Source: a virus
Taxonomy: Duplodnaviria > Heunggongvirae > Uroviricota > Caudoviricetes
IMG/VR virus record: IMGVR_UViG_2663762992_000005
Reading direction: 5' to 3' (one strand)
DNA length: 27,542 nt
The notes under the pieces: generated by a model
Seen by the model: the letters and a program-made list of their open reading frames with translations, nothing else
Database searches by the model: none
Told to the model about the DNA's origin: nothing
In this document: one piece after another, positions 1-9,097 of the stretch
Layout of the letters: every line of letters begins with the position of its first letter
Numbering within the stretch: the stretch's first letter is position 1
Position numbers and translations under genes: made by a program

Positions 1-298
<298 letters not shown>

Positions 299-416
299 AT
301 TGTTTCCCTTCAGTTTTTGTTTATAAGGCGCACCATGGCGTGCGCCTGAACAACATCACCCGCAGATGAATAAGTTCAATTGAATATATCGATCGATAAG
401 ATCGATTCTTCGATCT

Positions 417-761
417 TTAAATCACGACCTGCTCAAACCTGCATGAGAAATCAGTGTACCCCCCCAGATTGCTGACATCCCATTCAGGGCATATCACTCT
501 GACCAGCCGGTTCACCAGCGGCGGTCGCCACAAAAAAGCCCGGTACCCTGCATGCGCATCCAGAAAATCGTTCAGGGCGCGAATCTCCCTTTCCCCCTGA
601 ACCCGGAATACCGGCGACCACGTTTTCAGTTGCGCATTCAGCCCTGCCGCCCTGCGCTGCGAATACCCGTCACCAAATCTCACCGTGACAACAGACGGCT
701 TTGATGCCATCTTCATCCCTTCTCTGGGCGACCAGTGAAATGTTTTCAGTTGCGCTGTCAT
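417..761 (-). CDS. Phage minor tail protein, lambda gpM-like
   Basis: 114 aa; the motif VRFGDGYSQR and C-terminal FEQVV match my recollection of lambda M. ATG at 759-761 overlaps the tape-measure stop (ATGA). Confidence 0.75.
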   Translation of the reverse strand: MTAQLKTFHWSPREGMKMASKPSVVTVRFGDGYSQRRAAGLNAQLKTWSPVFRVQGEREIRALNDFLDAHAGYRAFLWRPPLVNRLVRVICPEWDVSNLGGYTDFSCRFEQVVI

Positions 762-3730
762 CTGTATGCTCCGCTCAGCCTGCCACCATCACGCCCCTGC
801 ACAGTCAGTGTTTTCATTGCTGCCTGTTCGGCAATCTCATACACCATCTTCAGCGCGCCGGGGCCTATTTCACCGTTACTGCCGTCATTCTGTATGTGCA
901 CACTGAACTGCTGATTAACCACCACGCCACCTCCCGTCCCTTCCATTCCCGTCGCGGTGACGGCCAGACGACCTTTACTGTCTCTGGTCAGCGGCATAAT
1001 CGCTTCCGGCCCCGCTTCCCCCATCAGTCCCGCCCCTTTGGCAAACGGAAACAGCGTGGGCCTGTCGACGACAGTAGAGCTGTAAGCACTGAGTCCCGGA
1101 GAGTCATAGACGCCCCCCCGGGCATTACCCACCACACCGGAAATTGCACTGCCAATCCCTCCCAGGATCCCTCCGGCACCACCCAGTGATCCGCCCAGTG
1201 CCTTCAGGCCGTTAACCAGCGCGGCATTCACCAGAATTTTCTGAATGGTCTGGAGTATCATCGTCCCCCAGTCACGCCATGAGCTTTTATTGCCGTTAAG
1301 GGTGGCGACAATATTATCCGCCAGCCCGTCCATGGCGTTCGACACTGCGTCCTTTATCTGCTGTGCATAGTTACCGGCCTTGTCCATCCAGTTCTTCATG
1401 CCTGCGGCGGCAGCTCCCGCAAAATCCTCCTCAGCCGCTTTTTTGTCTTCGGCGCCTTTTTTGACGATTTCAGTCTGCCTCTGCATTTCTTCGGCAAGCG
1501 CCTGTGTCTGTGCCTGGTAAAGCACTGATGAATGGTCTTTTACCTCCTCATCGAGCGCTTTCTGTTTCTGCGCAAAATCCTCACGGATCTGTTGCAGGGT
1601 GACCATCTGCTCATATTCCCGGTCGCTCATCGTCACCTGAGCAGCAGCGTTATTCTGCTCCTGCTGACGGCGTGCCGTTTCCTCCCTGACATCCCGGAGT
1701 TGCTTTTCAAGCGTCACGGCAAGATTACGTTGTGCGTTTTGCTTCTCCAGGGCTGCGTTTGTTTCAAGCTGGGCACGCAGTTGATCCTGCATAGCCAGTA
1801 CGCTTTCCTGGACCTTTGTCAGTTTTTTCCCGGCGTAAGACGCGATTTCCTGTTCAAAAGCCAGTAATTTTTTCTGACTTTCACCCATCCGCTCCGTTTC
1901 ACGCCCCTGCGCTTTCAGCACCACTTCCTGTTGCTTCAGTTGCGCCAGACGGCGAACACCCTCGCTGTCCTGATGGGCGGACACCCCGGTTTTTTTATCA
2001 CCGTAGAGTTTGTCTATCCCTCTCAGGGCAGAAGCGTACTCATCAGCGGTGATTTTTCCGGCCTTATAGCGGGTACTGAGATCGGCGGTGGCTTCTGCTG
2101 CAAGACGGGTTTTATCCGTCCCGGCCTTGATCCAGGCGGCCAGATTTATCTGGGCGGTGATTTCTTTGCTCTGCTCATCCTGGCGCTGACGGGCGGCCTG
2201 AGCCCGGTCTTCCTCCTGTTTTTTCTCTTCGTCCCGCTTCTCTTTGAGCTTTCGGGCGGGCTCATCAATATCCACCCCCACCGCGGCCGCCATCGCGCGA
2301 CTGGTCTCAATCTGCGCTGAAGCGTAGCCCTCAAGCCCTTCAGAAACAGCTTTCTTCAGCTTCTCCCACCAGCCAATGCTCTCCTCAGTCTGACGCTGTT
2401 GCTCCTTCATTTTGTCCGCAACGTCATCAAGCATGATTTTCTGCACCAGCGCCACCGCCTCGGCGGTTTTACCCAGGCGGGCCAGGGTGGCAATCTGCTC
2501 TATCTGCGCAGCATTAAATTCGTACCCCTGCTGCGTGGCATCCTGCATCGCTTTGACCGGATCGCCACTGATGGATGACAGCTGTCGGACCAGCTCATCA
2601 GCATTCCCCCCCAGTGATTCCAGCTGGCTACCGAGTGAGGACACGCGATCCAGCATCTCGCCGCTGAACCCGGCCTTAACCGCGGCCGTCACTGCCTTCA
2701 TGGAGCCATCCGTGTCACCCAGGCTTTTATTCAGCGCCCGGATCCGGGTCAGGCTGAGTGACGCGCCACTATTGCCTTGCAGTAATGCCGCATTCAGGGC
2801 TTTCGTTTTTTCTTCAGCTTTGCTGTAGGCAGACCACAGTGCCGTCACGCCAGAAACCAGCGCAATAATCCCCAGACCGACCGGCCCGCCTACCATCGCC
2901 AGTGCACCGTTCAGCAACGCGGTACCCGCGGCGGCGGCACGCGCTGACAGAGAAATCTCATAGTTCCTGGCGCTGATAAGACGCATGGCATCCGAGAGCT
3001 TCGACTTTCCGAGTGCTTCCAGTGCCTCCGCTTCTGCCGCTGCCTTTCCCGCCGCAGCCACCCGTTGTTTGGCGACGCTGGCCGCCATGTCTGACTCTTT
3101 AAGCTGCGCGTTTATCTTCCGGTATTCCTCTCTGTAACTGACCGCAAGACCGTACTCTTTATTGACTTTCTGCTGCTGATCGTAATGACGCGCCAGCGCC
3201 ACGGCATTTTCTTCGACAGCCTTCGCTGCTTCATAGTCTTTTGCCGCGCTCTGTGCCACATCCAGTGCTTTTTGTTTTGCCGCCTGCGCCGACTGGATTT
3301 GCGCCCGGGCGGCATCATATGCCGCCTGAGCGGTTTTGCTGAACGCGTCCCGCTGTTGCGCGAGTACACCTTTCAGTTGTTCAGCCCCCGTCAGCGTCCG
3401 GGATATCGCCGGTACCAGGGCATTAGCCAGCGTACTGGCGGACACATTCCCCGTGGCAGCAAAACCATTGAGAGCACTACGCAGTTGATCAAAGCCGCCG
3501 CTTCCTGTTTTCAGGCGCGAGGAAAGGCCTTCGAAAGTGCGTCCCAGCCCTCCGGCACTGGTACCCACACTGCCGATGGCATCCCCGGTCTCTTTCATTT
3601 CCCTGCGGGTGGACTCAGCAAATCGCCGGGCCTCACGGCTGCCGGTCTGATAAGCATCCATAAGGTCGGCTTTGAAAGAGGCGCTGTTCACATGCAGACT
3701 GACCGCCAGCGTTCCGGCATTACCACTCAT
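758..3730 (-). CDS. Tail tape measure protein
   Basis: 990-aa ORF with a long Ala/Gln/Lys-rich coiled-coil and a Gly-rich C-terminal region; sits between the G/G-T chaperone and M as in lambda. Confidence 0.85.
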   Translation of the reverse strand: MSGNAGTLAVSLHVNSASFKADLMDAYQTGSREARRFAESTRREMKETGDAIGSVGTSAGGLGRTFEGLSSRLKTGSGGFDQLRSALNGFAATGNVSASTLANALVPAISRTLTGAEQLKGVLAQQRDAFSKTAQAAYDAARAQIQSAQAAKQKALDVAQSAAKDYEAAKAVEENAVALARHYDQQQKVNKEYGLAVSYREEYRKINAQLKESDMAASVAKQRVAAAGKAAAEAEALEALGKSKLSDAMRLISARNYEISLSARAAAAGTALLNGALAMVGGPVGLGIIALVSGVTALWSAYSKAEEKTKALNAALLQGNSGASLSLTRIRALNKSLGDTDGSMKAVTAAVKAGFSGEMLDRVSSLGSQLESLGGNADELVRQLSSISGDPVKAMQDATQQGYEFNAAQIEQIATLARLGKTAEAVALVQKIMLDDVADKMKEQQRQTEESIGWWEKLKKAVSEGLEGYASAQIETSRAMAAAVGVDIDEPARKLKEKRDEEKKQEEDRAQAARQRQDEQSKEITAQINLAAWIKAGTDKTRLAAEATADLSTRYKAGKITADEYASALRGIDKLYGDKKTGVSAHQDSEGVRRLAQLKQQEVVLKAQGRETERMGESQKKLLAFEQEIASYAGKKLTKVQESVLAMQDQLRAQLETNAALEKQNAQRNLAVTLEKQLRDVREETARRQQEQNNAAAQVTMSDREYEQMVTLQQIREDFAQKQKALDEEVKDHSSVLYQAQTQALAEEMQRQTEIVKKGAEDKKAAEEDFAGAAAAGMKNWMDKAGNYAQQIKDAVSNAMDGLADNIVATLNGNKSSWRDWGTMILQTIQKILVNAALVNGLKALGGSLGGAGGILGGIGSAISGVVGNARGGVYDSPGLSAYSSTVVDRPTLFPFAKGAGLMGEAGPEAIMPLTRDSKGRLAVTATGMEGTGGGVVVNQQFSVHIQNDGSNGEIGPGALKMVYEIAEQAAMKTLTVQGRDGGRLSGAYR

Positions 3731-4313
3731 TTCATCACCCTCATAAAAGCAGCGCAGGCCGCGGCAGTATCATCCGGTGAAATGGCCGGTACATTCAGTC
3801 CGCTGTCGGGCGGGTCGCCAGGTGCCATACCATTAATTTCCGGAAGATTAAGAAACGCCAGCCACCCCATCAGAACAGAAGCTGGCAGAGACAGAATTTT
3901 CAGTGGATCGGGTTCTCCCAGGCGGTCAGCCAGCTGGTAAGCCAGCAACAGCCAGGGAGATTGCCTCAGTTTTTTTGCGCCTCCTCCAGCGTCCCGTAAC
4001 TGTGCCGCTGAATAACTGACACAGCCTCAATCAGGGCGGCGTTATCATGTACGGCCAGCAACTCATCCACGGTGGGGAGGCTTTTGGGTGGAATGGCATT
4101 CCCGTTTTCATCCACCAGCACTGAAAGGATGAGTCCGGCACTGAGTCGGGCGGGGACCAGCGCATTATTCGCTGCGCGGGCATCTGCGATGGCATCGTCG
4201 TAGTCTGCCGCCTCGAGTGCACTCATACGACGGATGTGCACCGGCACGCCCAGCAGGGTACAGTCCGCAACCGTATGGGTGGCAGACAGCAGCGCGCTTT
4301 TCAGATTTTTCAT
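3727..4313 (-). CDS. Tail assembly chaperone G-T fusion made by programmed -1 ribosomal frameshift
   Basis: The -1 frame is open from the heptamer A_AAA_AAC (minus strand, forward coordinates 3969-3975) through to 3727, and its stop overlaps the tape-measure ATG. The G/GT arrangement is conserved in long-tailed phages. Confidence 0.6.
3966..4313 (-). CDS. Tail assembly chaperone, gpG-like
   Basis: 115-aa ORF directly upstream of the tape measure; ends with the slippery heptamer AAAAAAC immediately before its TGA stop. Confidence 0.65.
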   Translation of the reverse strand: MKNLKSALLSATHTVADCTLLGVPVHIRRMSALEAADYDDAIADARAANNALVPARLSAGLILSVLVDENGNAIPPKSLPTVDELLAVHDNAALIEAVSVIQRHSYGTLEEAQKN

Positions 4314-4380
4314 TTATCAGAGTCCTTATTTACAGAAGGGGTAACAGGAAATGATGCGTTTAACGTGTGGCGCCGGGCGA

Positions 4381-4851
4381 TTATGGTTTTGGGGTAACCG
4401 GGGTAGTGGCTTTACTTCCCCATGTAATGGAGTTTTGCTTACCCTTCACCTCGAGCTGGATGACTGCGCTCGCCGGAGCCTTGATTTCCGCCATCTGCCA
4501 GCCCGCCAGCGCAATAACTGACGTTGATGTGCGACCATTGGGCAGTTCAACGTAAAACTGCACCACCTCGCGACGCTCTGCTGCGTTCAGAAAATCCGTC
4601 AGATACTGGTCTTCCGGATCATCAACAAACGTCAGCGTCTTATCCGGTCCGTCAGGCAGATCCGAAATGTACTGCTTCTGGGTGTCCAGCAGCGTGGTAC
4701 AGTCAACAAAACCACCCTGTAACCCCATCGCCCCCACGCCGGTACAGCTTTTCAGTGGCTTCAGCGCCGCGACATTGTCGCCGGGCATCCCCCACTTCAC
4801 GGCCGATCCTGCCGGAAGGGTCGCGTACTCAGATGATGTTTTACCTGTCAT
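4381..4851 (-). CDS. Major tail (tube) protein
   Basis: 156-aa ORF, ATG at 4849-4851 with a GAGG Shine-Dalgarno; position between the gp10-like protein and the G chaperone. Family assignment is by synteny only. Confidence 0.55.
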   Translation of the reverse strand: MTGKTSSEYATLPAGSAVKWGMPGDNVAALKPLKSCTGVGAMGLQGGFVDCTTLLDTQKQYISDLPDGPDKTLTFVDDPEDQYLTDFLNAAERREVVQFYVELPNGRTSTSVIALAGWQMAEIKAPASAVIQLEVKGKQNSITWGSKATTPVTPKP

Positions 4852-4865
4852 GTCTGACCTCGTGC

Positions 4866-5282
4866 TTATTGTTTATAACTGTTAATGCCCGCACGAATTT
4901 CACGTGCAAGCGTGCTAAGGATTTTGGGAATATTGTTATCGAGAGCTGGTCGCATAAAGGGTATGGCGACCTGTTTATACGTACCGTACTCCTGCGCGCG
5001 GGCTTTTATCGTGTGCGGTGCTGAGGGGCCCGCCCGGAATGTCATCAGGGTCGGCCAGCGGCCATCCCTGACACGGCTACGGCTTCTTACCCGGATGGTG
5101 TCACGCATATGCTCCCCGTCATTATCAGGGTTAAATCCCGCGTGCCTTATCATTTCATCCACCACCGGCTGCATGGCTTTCGTACCGGCGTCGCGTACGA
5201 TATTCAGGGCAATGTTTTCCCCGAGCGCTAGCAGGCTTTTCTCCAGCTCCGCCAGTCCTTCAACCTCAACGGATATTCTCAT
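4866..5282 (-). CDS. Tail component, HK97 gp10-like
   Basis: ATG at 5280-5282 preceded by GGAGG; contains the motif IPFMRPALD resembling the conserved PF(L/M)RPA signature of the HK97 gp10 family. The track ORF starts further upstream at an unlikely start. Confidence 0.6.
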   Translation of the reverse strand: MRISVEVEGLAELEKSLLALGENIALNIVRDAGTKAMQPVVDEMIRHAGFNPDNDGEHMRDTIRVRSRSRVRDGRWPTLMTFRAGPSAPHTIKARAQEYGTYKQVAIPFMRPALDNNIPKILSTLAREIRAGINSYKQ

Positions 5283-5694
5283 CGCCGACCTCCCCGACAC
5301 CATTAGCGTCAGCGCTTTGCGCGTACGTAAAGAAAAAGTCACGTGCCAGCCGGTACTGCACACTGCCGCTGGTCAGCACATTTTTATCCTGCTGAATGCC
5401 GCCCCGCGCCACGTACTGCACCGGAAACCCTTCTATCTGCCCGTGGACAACCGGCCGCCATGCACGCCAGATTTTTTGATCCAGTCGTAACAGTCCGGTG
5501 TAATCATCGGTGAGATACAGGGTTATCTGGAATCGCGCCGTGACAAGACCCGTACGTACCAGACCCACTTCAATTTCAGGATCGGAAATCCGCTGGTAAG
5601 TAACCCCCTCCAGCAGCTTATCGGGCAGGAGCAGAGGGTAAACAACCAGCCCGGTCAGGCGTTCAAGTGATGTCTTTAATGCCAGCTCGATCAT
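5266..5694 (-). CDS. Head-tail joining / tail completion protein (family unassigned)
   Basis: 142-aa ORF; its ATG at 5692-5694 lies 29 nt upstream of the preceding gene's stop, and its own 3' end overlaps the next start. Call is by position. Confidence 0.45.
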   Translation of the reverse strand: MIELALKTSLERLTGLVVYPLLLPDKLLEGVTYQRISDPEIEVGLVRTGLVTARFQITLYLTDDYTGLLRLDQKIWRAWRPVVHGQIEGFPVQYVARGGIQQDKNVLTSGSVQYRLARDFFFTYAQSADANGVGEVGDENIR

Positions 5695-6013
5695 GACGTG
5701 CGTCTGCCTCCCCCGTGATGATAATGCGGTCAGTAAGACGTTCGACGTTACGAACGGTATAAACCCGGTCAGACGTCGTTATTTTCCAGTCGATATCAAT
5801 ATTCAGGTTCGGATGAGTGGTAAAAAGACACGTTTCAACAACCTGCTGCTGATCCAGTGTGCGAACCTTTCTGCCTGACACCAGTTCGCGCTTCGCCCAG
5901 GCTTTCCCGGTCGTGACCAGTTTTTCCGGCAGGTGTTCACCCAGCGGCCCCCGTCCGGATTGCATATACCCAATCGAAAGGCGGCAGGTCATCTCCTCCG
6001 GCTTCAGGCTCAT
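5663..6013 (-). CDS. Head closure / head-tail adaptor protein
   Basis: Internal ATG at 6011-6013 overlaps the upstream stop (ATGA); size and position match the HK97 gp7-like slot. Confidence 0.5.
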   Translation of the reverse strand: MSLKPEEMTCRLSIGYMQSGRGPLGEHLPEKLVTTGKAWAKRELVSGRKVRTLDQQQVVETCLFTTHPNLNIDIDWKITTSDRVYTVRNVERLTDRIIITGEADARHDRAGIKDIT

Positions 6014-6327
6014 ACGGTATTCTCCTGCAACGGGAAAAGAAGAGACTGGACGGCATCCGTCTCCAGCCACTGACCAGTGAAACCATTCAGATACGCATCC
6101 CCGACCAGGTACTGCATGGCCAGCTGGATATCTTCATTCGCCACAAAACCGCGTACACCTTCCGGTAGCGCCTGCAGTTCGTCATCGCTTCTCACCAGTC
6201 TGCAGTAGTAGTCACGCTCAATACTCTTCTGCGCAGCCGCCATCATTTTACGGAGCATGTCGTCATGCTCCGTAAACTCCGGCTCCAGACGGAGCTGGGT
6301 TTTCACATCATCCAATTTCAGTATCAT
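6010..6327 (-). CDS. Head-tail connector protein, HK97 gp6-like
   Basis: 105 aa, ATG at 6325-6327; position and size after the capsid gene. Confidence 0.5.
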   Translation of the reverse strand: MILKLDDVKTQLRLEPEFTEHDDMLRKMMAAAQKSIERDYYCRLVRSDDELQALPEGVRGFVANEDIQLAMQYLVGDAYLNGFTGQWLETDAVQSLLFPLQENTV

Positions 6328-6682
6328 GGTTATCGGCTCCCTTGCGGGGACTCATCGCCTTTTTCGCATCTTTTGGCCATACCGCGATATGGCGTTCAAC
6401 CAGTTCCTCTGCGTACTCAGCATCAAAACAGGCCGTATCACCGCGTGAATAACGATGGTATGGTCCCAGGAAAAAAACCGCTTTCCGCATCACTTCTGCT
6501 CCCGTCAGGCCCGCGGCCCCGTTTGTTTCACTTCCGGTCAGATCAACACCGTCATTACCTGAACCAGCGGCAGTATTCTGGCCGCCATCCCCGTCCACCG
6601 TATGTTCCGTCGGCAGGTCATCCTGCTTTTTCACATCAACGGCTGCAGCCGCCGCCGCTTCTTTTTTCGCTTTCGTTGTCAT
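6308..6682 (-). CDS. Hypothetical head-module protein
   Basis: 124 aa with an Ala/Lys-rich low-complexity N-terminus; ATG at 6680-6682 with an AGGAG Shine-Dalgarno 7 nt upstream. Confidence 0.5.
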   Translation of the reverse strand: MTTKAKKEAAAAAAVDVKKQDDLPTEHTVDGDGGQNTAAGSGNDGVDLTGSETNGAAGLTGAEVMRKAVFFLGPYHRYSRGDTACFDAEYAEELVERHIAVWPKDAKKAMSPRKGADNHDTEIG

Positions 6683-6700
6683 CGTTTTGCTCCTGAAAAG

Positions 6701-6720
6701 AAAAAACCCGCTGCTGCGGG
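6701..6720 (-). terminator. Intrinsic terminator downstream of the capsid gene
   Basis: Minus-strand hairpin CCCGC-AGCA-GCGGG followed by six T (forward A-run 6701-6706). Confidence 0.55.
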
Positions 6721-6780
6721 CCTGGGGGATTACGTGCTTTTTACGCTGTGCGACCGTGGTCGCACAGCGTGCAGGACCGG

Positions 6781-8064
6781 TTAAAACAGCACTTTTGTCC
6801 CGAGTACAAGACCTTCCGGATGACGGAAGCCGATATCGTGCTCAGTCACCACACGGATCAATGACTGGTTACGGGAGAACGCGGAAACCATATTGCCGTC
6901 CCCGTCCTGGTAGGCGGCTTGCTGAGAGAATGCCACTTTCATGCTGCCGTCTTCACCGATAACCACATCATTGAAGTCAGCGAAGTAAATTTCTGACTCT
7001 TTGCCGGTGTCACCGAGGTTTGCCGGGATAGCGCTGGTGCGCTGAACCGGATATCCCTTCAGCAGCCCCAGGGCCATTTCCGGGTAAACCTTGTTGCCGT
7101 TACCGTCGCGCAGCCCGAACAGTTTCATGTAGGTCCGGTTCGACATGCCCCAGCCGCAGCTGATCATGTTGCTGTTCCCGTCCATAGCCATCAGGATGAT
7201 GTCATCCAGGTATGCATCAATAGAATTCAGGGATAAATCTGCGCCAGCCCATTGTTTAAGGCGATTCCACTCCGTTGCACGCGCTTTCATACCGATCGGC
7301 GTATCACCGGTACCATCATCACGCAGAAAAGCTTTATCTTCGCGAACAGAAATCGCCGTCAGAATATCCTGCAATACCAGTTGTTCAACGTTAAAACCTG
7401 CGCGGCCAATGAGCTGATTTGAGATGGGCACCATCGCAATCATGGTTTTCGCAGTGAGTTTCACATCGTCAAAGCGCGCTTCTGATGTTTTCGCATCCTT
7501 ACCTTCCCCGGTATAGTTCGCCGTCGCTCCACCGGCCAGACGCGGCAGCGCCATATTGCCGTTCGGCAGCGGAATGGAGCGCGCGCCCAGCTTACGAACG
7601 ATGGTACGATCGCGCAGTAGCTCAATCACTTCGCTGTGAAGGTTTTGCGGAATAAGAACGCCGCCTGACGCAGCGGCAGTGCTGATGGCCATCGAGACAG
7701 ACTGGTCATTCAGTTCTTCCGCCGCAAATTTTGCAGCCTCCTGGATGTTACCCTCCGCTGCTGCAATCGACATTACCAGACGGGTCATGCCTGCCCCGGT
7801 ATATTGCTTTGGCTCCGCCTTAACGATGACACCAGGAGCCTGCTGTGTGCCTCTAACCGGTGCGGCAACAAGCGCCGCAGCACGTTCAGCCGCTTCCAGA
7901 CGCTCAATTTTGGCGCTGATATCCGTGAACTGCTGCTGCATGCTGGCAAATTCGGTTAACTGCTCCGCTGTCAGCGTTCCACCGGTAGTTTCAATCGTGG
8001 CCAGGGCCTGTACCTGCTCATTAATACCCGCACGCTGACGACGTAATTCTTCAATCTGTGACAT
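6781..8064 (-). CDS. Major capsid protein, HK97-fold with N-terminal delta (scaffolding) domain
   Basis: 427 aa; N-terminal coiled-coil followed by a capsid-like body; follows the protease and portal as in HK97. Confidence 0.8.
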   Translation of the reverse strand: MSQIEELRRQRAGINEQVQALATIETTGGTLTAEQLTEFASMQQQFTDISAKIERLEAAERAAALVAAPVRGTQQAPGVIVKAEPKQYTGAGMTRLVMSIAAAEGNIQEAAKFAAEELNDQSVSMAISTAAASGGVLIPQNLHSEVIELLRDRTIVRKLGARSIPLPNGNMALPRLAGGATANYTGEGKDAKTSEARFDDVKLTAKTMIAMVPISNQLIGRAGFNVEQLVLQDILTAISVREDKAFLRDDGTGDTPIGMKARATEWNRLKQWAGADLSLNSIDAYLDDIILMAMDGNSNMISCGWGMSNRTYMKLFGLRDGNGNKVYPEMALGLLKGYPVQRTSAIPANLGDTGKESEIYFADFNDVVIGEDGSMKVAFSQQAAYQDGDGNMVSAFSRNQSLIRVVTEHDIGFRHPEGLVLGTKVLF

Positions 8065-8140
8065 AGTTTTCTCTCTTTTCAGGTATAAAAAAAACAGCGC
8101 TAAGGCTGCTTTCTGGTGGTAATGACGCGTGAGCGCCGGG

Positions 8141-9061
8141 TTACATTCTGGTTTGCAGGTCCATCGCGGCTGCCTGCAACTTTATGGACGTGGTTTGTTG
8201 AGGTTGTTTGTACTTTGCCGCAATGGCATTAATCGCAGACTGAGGATCCGAAACTTCATCAGCAAGACCTGCTGAAATGGCATCAGCGCCGAAGTAGGTT
8301 CCCGCCTGGGTATCGATTACTGCCTGCTGTTTAAGGCCCCGGTACTCAGCCACTGAGGAGGTAAATGTCTCGTACATGTCGTCGAGCATTTTGTCGAACA
8401 TCGCCAGGGCCGATTCACTCAACGAAGCATGTGGCGTGCCATTGTTCTTGTTATCTCCCCGGTAGAGTGCAGTAAATTTCACTCCCATGCTCTCTTCCAG
8501 CTTTGACGTATCAAGGTGCTCCATGATCACCCCGATGGAGCCAACGCCACTGGTCTGACTGACGACAATCTTGCTGCAGGCCGACGCGATAAAATACGCG
8601 GCAGAGAGGGCATTAAAGTTCACAATAGCGGTGATCGGCTTCGTTTCACACGACTGATAAATATAATCAGCCAGCTCTTTGCACCCGGGCGCTAAACCGC
8701 CGCCTGAATTAATATCCAGAACGATTTCACTGATGGATGGGTCATTTAATGCCGAATGCAGCTGGCTGCGGATTCGCTCATAGCTCGTCAGTTCGGTACA
8801 CATCGCTGTAATTTGCCCGCGCCGGGGGACCAGAATCCCGTGAACGGGAATAACCGCGATACCACCGGCTGGCTGAACCTCTTCAGGGGATGGCGAATCA
8901 TCCGGATTTAGCGCCATCGTAATGACCGGATCCGTCACCGCTCCCTGAATACGGGGAAGCAATACCGCCTTCACGGCGTCCATCGTCTGTTGTGTTGCGT
9001 AATGAGGCACACCGAAGACCATTTCTGCGAGGTGCGGCAGGTTAAGTAATTTTGTTGTCAT
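8141..9061 (-). CDS. Prohead protease, S49 (SppA/ClpP-like) family
   Basis: Motifs DINSGGG and SIGV typical of S49 peptidases; ATG at 9059-9061 (internal to the track ORF). Confidence 0.75.
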   Translation of the reverse strand: MTTKLLNLPHLAEMVFGVPHYATQQTMDAVKAVLLPRIQGAVTDPVITMALNPDDSPSPEEVQPAGGIAVIPVHGILVPRRGQITAMCTELTSYERIRSQLHSALNDPSISEIVLDINSGGGLAPGCKELADYIYQSCETKPITAIVNFNALSAAYFIASACSKIVVSQTSGVGSIGVIMEHLDTSKLEESMGVKFTALYRGDNKNNGTPHASLSESALAMFDKMLDDMYETFTSSVAEYRGLKQQAVIDTQAGTYFGADAISAGLADEVSDPQSAINAIAAKYKQPQQTTSIKLQAAAMDLQTRM

Positions 9062-9097
9062 GAGATATACCAGGTCAGCCCGCATAGCGGGGAATAA

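Noticed and set aside
701-3940. Several plus-strand ORFs (701-1189, 1532-1867, 1816-2052, 1931-2320, 2412-2828, 3185-3940) and minus 2146-2334, 3112-3369
   Set aside because: They lie antisense to, or in alternative frames of, the 990-aa tape-measure gene, have odd Pro/Arg/Ser/Cys-rich composition and no ribosome-binding sites; they are shadow ORFs of a GC-rich gene.
4031-5490. ORFs 4031-4222 (-), 4367-4555 (+), 4524-5024 (+), 4667-4885 (+), 4885-5490 (+)
   Set aside because: All overlap well-supported minus-strand tail genes in other frames or antisense.
5693-8038. Plus-strand ORFs inside head-gene territory (5693-5878, 5859-6080, 6257-6448, 6265-6696, 6602-6784, 6687-6962, 7145-7417, 7679-8038)
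   Set aside because: Antisense to portal/capsid/connector genes that are coupled on the minus strand; no start context.
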